Assembly: GCA_951406725.2 (NCBI GenBank)
Contig: OX597822.1
Span: 116,250,001-116,314,000 of the forward strand
Length of the DNA: 64,000 bases
Source: Octopus vulgaris
Taxonomy: Eukaryota
Direction of reading: 5' to 3'
Each line of letters opens with the position of its first letter. Within the stretch, counting starts at the first letter, position 1. Positions 30,843 through 43,063 of this stretch are shown one piece after another. The position numbers and the translations under genes are program-made. The notes beneath the pieces are model-generated. The model saw only the letters and a list, made by a program, of their open reading frames with translations. It ran no database searches and had not been told where the DNA came from.

Positions 30843-31996
30843 ATGAGGGAGTACACAAAATTAACCAGAAATGTTCCCTGTGGGACAAGCTCATTGTAGC
30901 TCAGGCTTCTGCCGCTAGAAGCCACTTCATGTGACCCCCAGGCATCAGCCTGCCGACCAGCAGCATCAACTGAAGTCATACTGCCATGTGGTGCTCTTTG
31001 TTTTGCAATGCTTCTCCGCTGTTTGTCGATTTTTGTGGTAGCTGATATGAAGGAACACCATGCTTCCATGAAAGCATATTCTCAGTGGTCGTAGCCCATG
31101 TCTCACTACCATTTAGCATAGCTGTTTGTACAGTTATATACATATATATTTAATATATATGTGTACGTAGAGGTCACTTGATGCAACCCCCAGGCATCAG
31201 CCTGCCAACCAGAGGCATCGAGGGGAGTCGTACTATCACATGGTGCATCTTTGTTTTGCAGTGCTTCTCCCTTGTTTCTTGATTTTTGTGGTGGTTGAAA
31301 CAAAGGAACAACTGTGCTTCCATGAAATTCTGTTTTCTGTGTGGGAAAACAGGGCCAAAACAGTTGTTATGTTTCAAATACCTTACAAGGATACTGCCAT
31401 GAGCAAAATTCAGGTTTACAAGTGGTTTTCACGCTTTAGGAATGGTCACTTGTTGTTTGAAGACCAACCTCATTCAGGGTGACTGTCGACCTCCTGAACA
31501 AATGAAAACATCATGAAAATTCATGAACTCATCTTGGAGGACTGTCACCAAACAATTGATGAACTTGTTGATATGACTGGTGTGTCCTGAAGCTCCTGCC
31601 AACGAATTCTGAGCAAGAAATTGCAAATGAAAAGAGTTGCAGCAAAATGTTGTGCATCGCTTGCTCACAGAAGATCAAAAGCAGTCATTACTGAATACGT
31701 GTCATGAACTGAAAAGAACAGCTGGGAGTTGATCTTGCTCCCTGTGGAATTCTTTTGGTCCCTTGAATAAAAAATGTGCTTGAAGGAAAACGTTTTGCAG
31801 ATGTGGAAGAGGAGGAGAAAAAGATGACTGAGACAAGGCGTCGCTTCACAAGAGTTCCAGCACTGCTTCGGAAACACATCCGGACCAATGCATTGCTTCA
31901 AATGGAGACTACTTTGAAGGTGATTAAAGTGTAAACAGGTACAACTTAGGGAATAAAATAATACTATAAAATTCCAGTTTCTTTTGGGTACACCCT

Positions 31997-32000
<4 letters not shown>
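30843..32000 (+). mobile_element. Internally deleted mariner with TIRs
   Basis: TIRs tgagggagtacacaaaattaaccagaa / ttccagtttcttttgggtacacccttg with TA flanks; HTH region AMSKIQVYKWFSRFRNG...EDQPHSG and C-terminal GDYFEGD*. Confidence 0.8.
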
Positions 32001-32050
<50 letters not shown>

Positions 32051-32051
<1 letters not shown>

Positions 32052-32450
32052 CATCATCATCATCATCATCGTTTAACATCCGCTTTCCATGCTAGCATCA
32101 GTTGGACGGTTCAACTGGGGTCTGGGAAGCCAGAAGGCTACACCAGGCCCAGTCTGATCTGGCAGTGTTTCTATGGCTGGATGCCCTTCCTAACGCCAAC
32201 CACTCCGTGAGTGTAGTGGGTGCTTTTTACGTGCCACTGGCACAGGTGCCAGACGAGGCTGGCAAACAGCCACGATCAGATGGTGCTTTTTACGTGCCAC
32301 CGGCACGGACGCCAGTCAGGGCAGCACTGGCTACGGCCACGTTTGGATGGTTCTCTTACGTGCCACCGGCACTGGTATCACAGCTACAAATTCCATTGAT
32401 GTTGATCGATTGCAATTTTGTTTTTCTCTTGCCTCAACAGGTCTTAACAT
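32051..32450 (-). mobile_element. RTE 3'-end fragment
   Basis: (CAT)n plus 3'-UTR modules. Further copies at about 33241-33520 (-), 43066-43555 (-) and 44240-44500 (+). Confidence 0.85.
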
Positions 32451-33879
32451 CCATTTTCCATGCTGGCATAGACTGGTCATATATATGTGTGTGTGTGTGT
32501 GTGTTTACATAGAAAGAGACAGATGTACATATGGAAGTACAGATACATTTCCCAATCTCTTCCCCTATTTTTCTTTATTCAAAAGTCACATGAAATAAGG
32601 CCAAGGGGCCACTTTATAACATGGATTAAGGGAAGGAGTTGAACAGCATTAAAACAGCACAAAAATTCCATGTGTAACAGACACATTCAAGCTAGAAAAT
32701 AAAAATAGTAATAAAATAATTAACAAAAATACTTAAATTAATACAATGAGAAGGTAATAAAAGAATTAACAGCAATAAATTACAGTAAATAAAATGTCTC
32801 GAAAGAAACTAATAAAACGAAATAAAAAGAGCAGGTAATAAAAAAGGAACCAATAAAAATATTAAAATGAGGAAAACCACCAAGTTACTTATTAACCCTG
32901 GAATCAAGATTATACTCTGCTAAAAAAAACAAACAATGGGCAAAGAGTTTATTCTACAATTTCAGGTGTTCTGGATAAAAGGCATTGGATGAAACTTGAG
33001 ATATCCAAGGAATACAGATGCATTTCACTAAATTGTGCAAAGTGAATCTTGATAGGATATTCCCAGACAAGCTGGCTCAGGGAACGAAATCCACCCAAAT
33101 GCACACACAAGTACTTCGTTTTGGGATAGATCTGGCTCTTGGAAAGAAATAATAGAGCTGCAGATGTTAAAACTTTTGGAAACCATAGAACCTGCCATTT
33201 TTGGAACAGTAGAGCAAACCTACAATTCCAGCTGTTACAACATCATCATCATTTGCAATCTATTTTCCATGCTGGCATTGGCTGGACAGCTTGACAGGAA
33301 CTGGCAAGGCCAGGGGCTGCACCAGATCCCATAGTCTGTTTTGGCTTGGTTTCCACAGCTGGATGCCCTTCCTAATGCCAGTTACTTTACAGTATGTACT
33401 GAGTGGTTTTTATGTGGCACCATCACCAGTGCTTTTAATGTGGAACCAGCACAAATATTTTTTATGTGACATCAGCACTCATGCCAATGCTTTCTATGTG
33501 GCACCTTGGTTTTAGGATCTCAATTCCTGATCGAAAATCAGATGAAAATTTAAGATCTAAGGATCCATCGAAACAATTCCAGCAAATTAATACATTTTTG
33601 AAATCCATCTATATTTATGATATTTTGTATTTTACTGATTTTTAGGGTAGGGGCTGGGTTTACACCAACTCAACCCTCCACAATCTTTAATTCAAACTTT
33701 TGGCTCTTTCCAAAGTTATAACAAGCTTGTTGTTATTGATTCAAAGAAGGCCCTATTTTTGATACATAACTAATGGCATTTCATGTACAGCTCAAGTCAA
33801 AACATTTCAGGTCATATGACAGAAGAATGGGTGGTCGCAAAGTCCACTAATAAGTAAAAGACTGGTGTGAAGTTCAATC

Positions 33880-34275
33880 CAGATTGGACGACAGAATGGT
33901 ATTTTATTCACAAATGAGTTGGGATGAGATTTTAGTTTCTAAACATTTGGGTAATACAAATGCAACATCAAATGTGAGGGTCTGTGATGAAATGTATCGT
34001 AAAATGGTTGTTTTACAGAGACAATTACAGTCTTTGTCACTGAAAGAGAGCAGGAAAAGATTTAAGTATCTGTCTAAAGTCACAGAGGTTTTAGTAGTGA
34101 TTCCACACTCTAATGCTTCTAAAGAAAAAATATTCAATTTAATTACGCTTAGCAAAATTCCAAGTAGGTCATTGTTAGAGATAAATGGCACATTGTCTTC
34201 TCTTATTGCGTAAATTAAAATCACACAGGAACATGCTTATGCATGCAAACAAAGCAACAATTGAGTATAATACTA
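33880..34275 (+). mobile_element. hAT transposase remnant (C-terminal dimerisation region)
   Basis: FKYLSKVTEVLVVIPHSNASKEKIFNLI...RSLLEINGTLSSLI resembles the hAT P(H/S)SNAxxERxFS motif. Confidence 0.65.
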
Positions 34276-34621
34276 AACAAGGTAAACAGGAGAATATTTG
34301 CTTTACTGTTTTGAGTTGTTATAATTTTAGTGTTAAAGGTACGTTGTAGATAAAGGAATAGAGATTTTCTTGGTCCCTTATGTGAGTGTAGTATCTGTAT
34401 GTCATCCTATCACCACAGCTGGTTTGAGCCCAACTTGTAAGTGGACAGGAATATATAAACATGCCGTATTTATTCTTGTATGTTATGCACTCATGCGTAA
34501 GGTGCATCCTGATTTCTGAACAGAACAATCTCAGAAAAAGTATCTCTTGTATAAGCTATTGCTAAAATAAATTGCAGTTTTGTTACATTATATCACAAAA
34601 ATAATTCATGTGTGTGTGTTT

Positions 34622-34660
<39 letters not shown>

Positions 34661-35068
34661 AGTATATATCTATATATACATGTATTGTCACTTTTAGGTC
34701 ACTTGACCGTTTAACATCCTACTACTATCATACCACCTACATCCCTTATTCTCTCTTCTCTTTCCCCTTCTTCTTCTTCTTTGTCTTCTTCCTCTCCGCC
34801 ACCCCCTTCCTTACTTTACCACTACTGCTGTTTAGAATAACACCTAGGCAAATATTATAAACAATACATTCAAAAGAGATGTGTCAAGAATTCAATCGCT
34901 ACTACCATCCACAACAAGTCACTTTCAGGGCACTTGACCATTTAGCATCCTACTACTATCATGGCACTCCTGCATTCTTCTTCTCTACCTCCTCCTCCTC
35001 ATCCTTCTTCTTCTCTGCCTAGAATTCACAACCCACAAGAGTAAACAAGAGAGACAGAGACAGGCAGA

Positions 35069-35493
35069 AACAAGGACGCCGCTCGAGCTCGAAAATTAAA
35101 CCGTTATGAAAACCTCCTCGAGGAATATGAAGACGCAGGCTGGAAAGCGGAACATTTTCCTATCGAAGTCGGATGTAGAGGGTTTGTAGGACACAGCGTG
35201 AGACGACTGTTGTTATCGTTAGGCCTAACTCATCGTAAAGTCAATACCACCATGACTGATATCCAATCTACAGTGGAGAAGGCTAGCCACTGGATTTGGT
35301 TAAAAAGAGACGATGAGCGATGGCTAGAAGTATATTGAGTTCATCATAACCAGCTGATCTAGCAAGCGGGGCCTCATATCAGTGAGGGGGCCGGTGCGCA
35401 TTGATGCCGTCGAGAGGTAGGCCCCGAAACGGCGCGCATTCTCTCCTGATGACCCCATACACTTGCTAGCTTCCGATATACGGAGCTTTTAAC
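35069..35493 (+). mobile_element. 5'-truncated Hero-clade (R2 group, RLE-type) non-LTR retrotransposon: last 87 codons plus 3' UTR
   Basis: Open frame 35075-35338 DAARARKLNRYENLLEEYEDAGWKAEHFPIEVGCRGFVGHSVRRLLLSLGL...VEKASHWIWLKRDDERWLEVY*. KxxRY, PIEVGCRGF and AEKASxWxWLKR are Hero endonuclease C-terminal motifs. CpGs are retained, suggesting a young copy. This frame is absent from the ORF track. Confidence 0.85.
35359..35469 (+). ncRNA. Hammerhead-core RNA with non-canonical, pseudoknotted strand order in the Hero 3' UTR
   Basis: GCCGUC (35406-11), GAGAG (35412-16), GGCCCC-GAAA-CGGC (35420-33), CUCUC-CUGAUGA (35441-52). Stem II partner GGGGCC (35387-92); outer stem CUAGCAAG/CUUGCUAG. Confidence 0.7.
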
Positions 35494-35598
35494 TGGTAGC
35501 ACTTGCATGTGCAAGTTGTTTGCAAGATATCTATGCAAAACTTCTTTTAAAAAACTTTTCTTTTAACTTTCCCAAAATTTAATTGTTTTCCATACTTA

Positions 35599-35634
35599 CA
35601 GTTGAAAAAGTCTCAATGACTGAAACCGGTACTG
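35599..35634 (+). ncRNA. Decayed minimal hammerhead motif in the repeat flanking the Hero fragment
   Basis: CAG-TTGAAAA-AGTC tcaat GACT-GAA-ACCGGT-A-CTG; the core differs from CUGANGA at two positions. Confidence 0.4.
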
Positions 35635-36449
35635 AAATGTTTTTTATAAAATTATTTTAGCATTTTCTACCTTGACTTTTTTTTCCATATATATCAAACT
35701 CGTGTGTTCCTTTTCAACCTTCTACATATATATATAAATATATTTCAGTTATTTTTTCAGCAAGCAAACGCTTATGTTTGTTAATTTGACAACCTCTGAG
35801 ATAGCTAACAACCCAGCAAAAGTGTGTTGCATATCTATCTTAATTCAACTCTAACCTGAAGAAATTCACTTTGTTTTTCAGACAAAGAATACCGTGCATA
35901 AGAAACTATTTTTCTTTTATTAACTTTTATCTTCTACTAGCAGAGATACCCAATATTGCCTGGGTACTGAATATGCAGATATGTTTGTTCAAATTTGATG
36001 ACTTATAACAATTTTTTATATAATGCTTTTTCTTTATGTAATTATATTTGCAGATTTTTTTTTATTGTGATGCAGATACTTGTCTCCAGTCAAACTTTTT
36101 AGGTTTCTATAGTATGTGAAGCATTTTATCTTGAAATTGCACACAAACTTTTTGAAGATGTTTTTAAGTAAGGAATTTTAATAACAACAGCATCCCCGTA
36201 TATACTGTCCATACATATTGTGCGCAATATAATTGTCTCCTGTTTTGTTACACATACCAAGAGAACACATTAAGTAAATGTGATTTGATACCAAATATAT
36301 ACAAATGTAAATGTGAAACAATAAAAGAATAAATTATGTTCTATCTTCTATTGTATTTGGGTATTCAAAACTACAAACTAACTTTTTAAAAGATATAATT
36401 TATAAATGAGGAATTTCATTGGTGTATTAAATCGGATACAATTCCTGTA

Positions 36450-36725
36450 CAATATCTATGGTCCAACCTAAGAATAGATGTCTGTACAATATATGCAGCG
36501 ATGCCTACCAAAGATGCCTCCACGCAACACAAGGAGCTGAACTGACAAGTCCATGTTTCTCTCATTGTCTGTTCAATGTTCCATGCTCCTGGGTTGGGCC
36601 AAGCAGACAACTTCTCCTTAGAGCAGAACACTGTTGAACAAGAAAGACTGTCAACCCAGAGCGCTTGCCAAATATCTGAAATACAGTTTTGTCAGAACTG
36701 CCTCTGCTTTATGTGTCGCATGTCA
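36450..36725 (+). mobile_element. Possible Academ-like DNA transposon remnant
   Basis: MPTKDASTQHK...followed by Cys-rich KKDCQ...C...C; loosely resembles the PPTxxALxQH and Cys-finger C-terminus. Heavily decayed. Confidence 0.25.
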
Positions 36726-37871
36726 ATTTAGAAATACAAGACAATATATAAAGTAAATCATGAAGATAATATTGAAATTAAACTTATCAATAAACATGGT
36801 TTCAAAAGCTTCAAACATAATAGTAACTTGAAAAGTTCAACTTCAGACATGTATCTGTATTGCTCTGTATTACAAATTAAAGTTAGTCTCAAGCCTACGT
36901 CTACTAACTCACGCTGGTTTTCATAGCACTTAAGTGACTGAGAGTACAAAACTTCTCCTGAACAGGATACAGTCTGTTGCAAGGTTAAGCCCACCACCAG
37001 TTATTGCTGGTATGCATGTTTCAGATGAGTCAACATCTGTAACATAAAATAAAGTGCATTGCTCAAGGATGCTTCAGAAGTTGAACCAATGAAATAACAA
37101 TCATAAGCCCAACATCCAAATCAGAATGCCACACATCTTAACATACAAATTATCTATGTTAATACAATTACATGCAATAACACCTACAAGTCATTTAAGA
37201 TGAACAAAAAACTGTTTCTGCTCATCCCGTAACACTGTGTATCTCTCCTAGGATAATAATTGTAAGACATTTTCTAAATGTGCAGATCCAATTAATTTTG
37301 CTTCAACTGATAACACAAATGTTAAAACCACTCAAAAAAAAAAAGAAGAAAAATGTAACATCCTAAACGAGAGTATTAGCTGTCAAAGTTTTAAAACTGC
37401 TTTATTCTCCAACTAACAGAGAAGCAGTAAATCTGTAGGTGTATCTGTAACCAAAAGGTTGTCAAGTATTCACATCTGCAGGCTATTTATAATTAGGTTT
37501 AATTCATCATTGCAGCTAAATATACCGAGAAATAACGCATCAAATCAGATGATTTTAATAGTCAATGGTAATATGCAAGGTTTAAAATTAAATTTTTTCC
37601 GTGTTTAAGAAAGAACAGCCATGAAACATTTCAGAACGTTTCATGATTAGAGTTATTACACCTTAGCTTTAACTTCCAGTTGTGGAGCCTGGAAATTTTA
37701 AAATTAAATGTAACTGAACTATTTAACAAATAGATTATTGAGCAAAAATTTCATATCATATGCCATCATGAAAAAAATCAATTACCTAGACTTAAAATTG
37801 AAAAGTTTGTTGCAGTGCTGTCTCAAAAGTTTTAATAGGAAGTCGTTTCTATTCAAAACATCATTTGAACA

Positions 37872-40430
37872 GTACATTATTTACGTTATTTACATTCGAC
37901 AGATATTTGTCTTCATCTTGTTTGTTGTTAACACAACGTTTTGGTTGATATACCCTCCAGCCTTCGTTAGGTGTCTTGGGAAAATTTCAAACCTGGGTTC
38001 TCATTCCTAAGGTATTTTTCGATGTTATTATTATTATTATGATTATTATTATTATTATTACTATTCAGGTCACTGCATAGAATCAAACTTGGAATCTTGG
38101 GGTTAATAGTCCGCACTCTTAACCACTATGCCATATGCCCATGGGCAATTATGGAGTGAATTTTAGGGCTTATAAAATCTAATATTTTCCTATCCACCCT
38201 TAACACCGGTTCCCATATGCTGCTCATATCAGCACTCGGTCTGCTTAGGAGGTTGTTGTGTCCTAGCATATGTGCTGCTTCTTTTAGTTTTCGTATTTTC
38301 CAGTGGTGTTCTCTGTCTATTATTTTCACTTCATCCCACAGGGGAAGGTGGTCTCCATTTTCCCATACATGATCAGCTATACCCGATTTATCAATATCTC
38401 CTCATGTCACAGCTTTGCAATGTTCCTCTACTCCTATTTTGAGGGGGTGGCATCTTTCGCCTTTGTATAACCTACCACAGCTGCATGGGATGGAGTACAT
38501 GCAGTCTTTGGTCATATTCTCTTCTATTGGTGGTTTTACTTGAAGGAGAGATTTGCGAAGTATTGCTCTTGAATACTGTCCTGATGTCATATGGGCCGCA
38601 TATCTTTTGTATCTTTTCTGAGAGGCCTTTCACATAGGGTAGACAGACTGTGGACAGTTCATTGGTTTCATCCTCTCTTTTCTTTATAATTGGAGTGGAG
38701 AGTATGTTTTGGGGGTAGTAGTTGCTTAACAGACTCTTACTGAGCTTGATCATTTCTTCATGGTGTGTATCACGACCACTACTTATATTCTTTACTCAAT
38801 GTTTTAGGCACTGAGCAATCCTTCCCTTTACACTGTATGGATGGTGGGAATTGAAGTTGAGGTATTGTCCAGTGAAAGTCAGCTTGCAGTATACAGATGT
38901 CCTGAATCCATACTTGGTGCTTGTTATTAATACACCCAGGAATGCCAGCTGATTGTCTTTTTCCTTTTTCCATTGCGAACTGTATGGATGGCTTTATTGA
39001 GTTCACATGATCTAACAGCACTTGGACATCTTCCTGGTGGGGCCAGAGTATAAAGGTGTCATCAACATATCACAGCCATAGGGTTGGTTTTAGTGGTGTT
39101 GATCCTAAAGCCAAATTCTCAAAGTAATCCATGTATATATTGGCTATTATGAGTGATAATGGAAAACCGAAAGCTAAACCCTCTTCTTGTTGATATGTAT
39201 CAGTGTCCATACTGAAGTAGGTAGTTTCTACACAGAAGGTCAACATTTACATCAAGTTTATTATTGATGTACTAGTGCGTTCGTTTAGATGGGTGTCTGT
39301 CACTAGTTTTCCTTGTATCACCGATAGTGCTTCACCAGTTGCAACTTTGGTGAATAAACTTACAACATCTAGACTCACCATCTGGTTCGATTCAATGGGG
39401 GTATCCTTGATCAATTCTGTGAAGTGGGTGGAATTCTTTACGTACGATGTTGACTTTCCTGCTAATGGACTGATTATATCCACAAGGAAGCGGCTCAGTG
39501 GATGACATGCTGAACCTCTACAGCTCACTATAAGTCTTAATGGAATACCATCCTTGTGAATCTTAGGGAGATTGTACATGTGTGGTAGTTTTCTGTAGTG
39601 TTGAGTCAGTTGTCTGTACTTCATGGGTGTAAAGTGATCCTTGTTCTTGATCAAGATCTGTGACAGCTTCCTCTCTGTTTTCAGAGTTGGGTCTTTCTTT
39701 ACTTTGCTGTAGTTACCATCACTTATAAAACTTGCCAATTTTTCCGAGTAGTCAGACTTGTTCATCACCACTGTAGCATTTCCTTTGTCTGCCGGAAGTA
39801 TTATGATGGAATTGTCACTCTATAGTCTTTTGAGAGCAAACTTTTCACTTTTTCTAGTACCTGTCTCACTTTCCACCTTAGTTCATCTCCCTGAGCTTTT
39901 GATATGTTTATGGCCACCTCTTCAATAGAAGCTATTATGTCCAAGTATGGAATGCACTTGATGGTTGTTACAAAGTTGAGACCTTTGTTTAGTACTGCCT
40001 CTTCAGAGCTTTCTAGATGTCGGTTACTTACATTAACTACTGCTTTCACAGTTGGGTGACGGATTTCAGTCTTCATTCTCTGACATTCATAAACTTCCTA
40101 ATCTGACGTGTTTTCACTATTTCAAATTCTTTCATGTTCGACTTTTCTAGATCTTGTTGGATCTTTCTCTTTCTATCCTCATCTCTGGTTATTTTCCTAA
40201 GTAATGAAGATAACCTCTCTTTGATTTCGTTATTTAGTTGACGTTTTTTCCAACGGTTGTAATGGATCCTCTCACGGATGAGGGCATGTCCTGCCCTTTC
40301 TGCTACTCTTCTAGCTTTATATGAATCCACTGGTGTCATTATATTCAAGCCAGGTGGTATTAGCTTTGAGTCTCTACATCTACACAGGAAAGTCAGATGG
40401 TTTGAAAGACAAGCTAGTTAAATATAGAAC
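37872..40430 (-). mobile_element. Decayed Penelope-like element (RT plus C-terminal GIY-YIG endonuclease, 3' pLTR region)
   Basis: VLNKGLNF; LPADKGNATVVMNKSDY; YNLPKIHKDGIPLRLIVS; VSLDVVSLFTKV; YVDDTF; CMYSIPCSCGRLYKGE (GIY-YIG); RKLKEAAHM. Confidence 0.9.
37930..37975 (-). ncRNA. Decayed minimal hammerhead in the PLE terminal repeat
   Basis: GACAC-CTAACGA-AGGCTGG agggtata TCAACC-AAA-ACGT-T-GTGTT; G5 and G12 are mutated to A relative to the copy at 44615-44660. Confidence 0.55.
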
Positions 40431-40658
40431 TGCTTCCTTTGAACAGTTCCAGTAGAAAACTGAGAAAACTAAGCAGAACACAAGAGTCTTCACATATTTT
40501 TCTCTATTTACAAAATTTTAAATTTGACTCAATTACACATTAGTAAAAATATTGAAATGCTTCCATAGTAGTTACCTGTAATGTTTAATAAACTTGTTCA
40601 TACAGTATTGAATTCCAACAAAAAGACACACACACACATATATATATATATATAAAGA

Positions 40659-41017
40659 CTAGCAGTATCGCCCGGCGTTGCTCGGGTTTGTAAGGGAAAT
40701 AACTATAAATCATTTTTAGAGTTACAGCCAAAAAATAGCAAAAAATGCATTAAAAATGGAAAAAAAATTATGGTAAATTCTTTTTAAATCGTTGACTCAT
40801 CGTAGACATTTTTAGAGAGTTACTTCCTTTATATAATAGCAAAAAAATGCATTAAAATGGAAAAAAATGATGGTAAATTTTTTTTTAAATCATAGACTTA
40901 TCGTAGACGCGCGCTAATACCCAGAAGGGCTCGATATGAATCACGACTATAAGATACCCGGTTTTGGTTAAACTGCACCGTAGGAGACAGACACACAACT
41001 TGACTTTTATATATAGA
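40659..41017 (-). mobile_element. Non-autonomous Helitron
   Basis: Minus strand starts TCtatatataaa and ends cccgagcaacgccgggcgatactgCTAG; 3' end shared with 7789-8168. Confidence 0.75.
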
Positions 41018-41392
41018 TATATATATGATGGGCTTCTTTCAGTTTCCATCTACCACAGCTATAATAGGAGACACTTGCCTAAGATGTTACACAGTAGGGC
41101 AGAATCTGGAACCATGTGGTTAGGAATCAAACCTCTTCAGCTTGCACCAGAAAGTACTAAGGTCTCACAGTATATATATTTTAGTAATAGCTCTTCATAC
41201 CACCTCAGTGTTGCAATAGACCACCTCTGACTTTCAATATCTGCACAACAGAAAACACTGGGAAACTTACTGCCTACACACATATATAAACTTTACATTT
41301 AAAGCATAAAAAGTAACCCAAATCAAAGAAAGAAATACACAAGTTTGTACATTGACCCCCCCAGTGCTCAACTGCAACATATTTTATCAACC

Positions 41393-41785
41393 AGGCATAG
41401 AAGTGGGTGTGTGGTAAGTAGCTTGCTTACGAACTACATGGTTCCGGGTTCAGTCCCACTGCGTGGCACCTAGGGCAAGTGTCTTCTACTATAGCCTCGA
41501 GCTGACCAAAGCCTTGTGAGTAGATTTGGTAGACGGAAACTGCAAGAAGCCCATCATGTGTATGTGTGTGTGTGTATGTCTGTGTCTGTGTTTGTTCCCC
41601 CAACATTGCTTCACAACTGATGCTGGTGTGTTTACGTCCCCATAACTTAGCAGTCTGGCAAAAGACACTGATAGAATAAGGACTAGGCTTACAAAGAATA
41701 AGTCCTGGGGTTGATTCACTCAACAAAAGGTGGTGCTTCAGCATGGCCATAGTCACATGACTGAAACAAGTAAAATAGTAAAAGA
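41393..41785 (+). mobile_element. Full-length tRNA-derived SINE family A (CORE-like), nested in a minus-strand family-B SINE (about 41350-41915)
   Basis: A/B boxes gtgtggtaag / gggttcagtccc, cctagggcaagtgtctt domain, CR1-like tail. Family-B sequence resumes on both sides. Confidence 0.8.
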
Positions 41786-43013
41786 GTAGCCTTGACGGGA
41801 TGAAAGGCAACCTCAGTGGAATTTGAACTCAGAACATAAAAACAGGCAAAATGACAAAAAAAAAAAAAGAAAACATTTTTCCTGGCATTCTAACAATTCT
41901 GCCAGCTCATTGTCTTCTATAGACATAGATCATTGTAGACTATGCTGGTTTATTAATTCCACTGTTTAATTTTCAACAACATCCATCATTATGAAAACAT
42001 TGCAGAGGTTTATGTTTTTTAAGACAAAGTGCGTTACAGTTCATATTTTAGCAAACTTAGGTCCTTAAATGCTTGACTGCTGGTCTCATAGATTCTAAGT
42101 TCAAAATCTTAAGGCATCTATGACACATAATTCTACTTGTGTTATTCACCCAATCTGGAAGACATAATTCTTTCACTTTTCATTCACGGTTCATTAATTA
42201 GCTTTAGTAAAAGCAACTAATGACTTACAAATATGCATTGATAATTTAGAGAAATACATTAACTGAAACATAGACTCATTGTTATCAAAAACTGTTTTGT
42301 TTTGATTTGTTTCTGCTTTTTGGTTTTGGGTTTTTTTTTCTTTTTCCTGAAAATCAGAGTTACAACTTTGAAATAGAATGCAAAACATTAAAATAAACTT
42401 ATTTTAAATTCATTATAAAATTATTTAAACTGTAAATCAGTCAATATGTGGAAAAAAGAAAGAAAAAAACTTTTTTCTGTTTAATGCTGGTGTACTCAAC
42501 AAACTATTTTCACACAATCTTTAGCAGAAAAATAAATGGCTAAAACGGAAGTAATACAGATGCAAGTTGAATATCATTTGACTTGATATATTCCAAGCAA
42601 TAAACAAAACTGTGAAGAAGGAAAAAAAGAACCATGAGAACTCTCAACAAATCTAGCTTGGAAATAGCAATGTCTTCTGCTCTAGTTCCCTGATAGAAAT
42701 ACATCTAAATACATCTTTGCTAGCCGAAACTCACTGAAGCATGAAATGATACCTAATTGCCATCCAAGCTGGAACCAGCGTAATCATTTAAACGTCTATT
42801 TTATGCTTCCCTTAATCAATTACCCAAAAAATCGAGAGGTGATTGTTTGCTAAAATAATACACACTTGGATTTAATAACCTCATTAAATATATTATTTAA
42901 CATATGCAAAGAATTTATTTCACAAACATTAAACAGGTTAGTAACTCATTTAAACATACTTTTCTCCAAATTCAATTACAAAACTGATTCAGATTATGCA
43001 TCTGTATATACAT

Positions 43014-43063
<50 letters not shown>

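Noticed and set aside
38067-38140. Functional tRNA gene (also the heads of SINE families A-C)
   Set aside because: A/B boxes are present, but the cloverleaf and acceptor stem are degenerate and the sequences are embedded in repeats.
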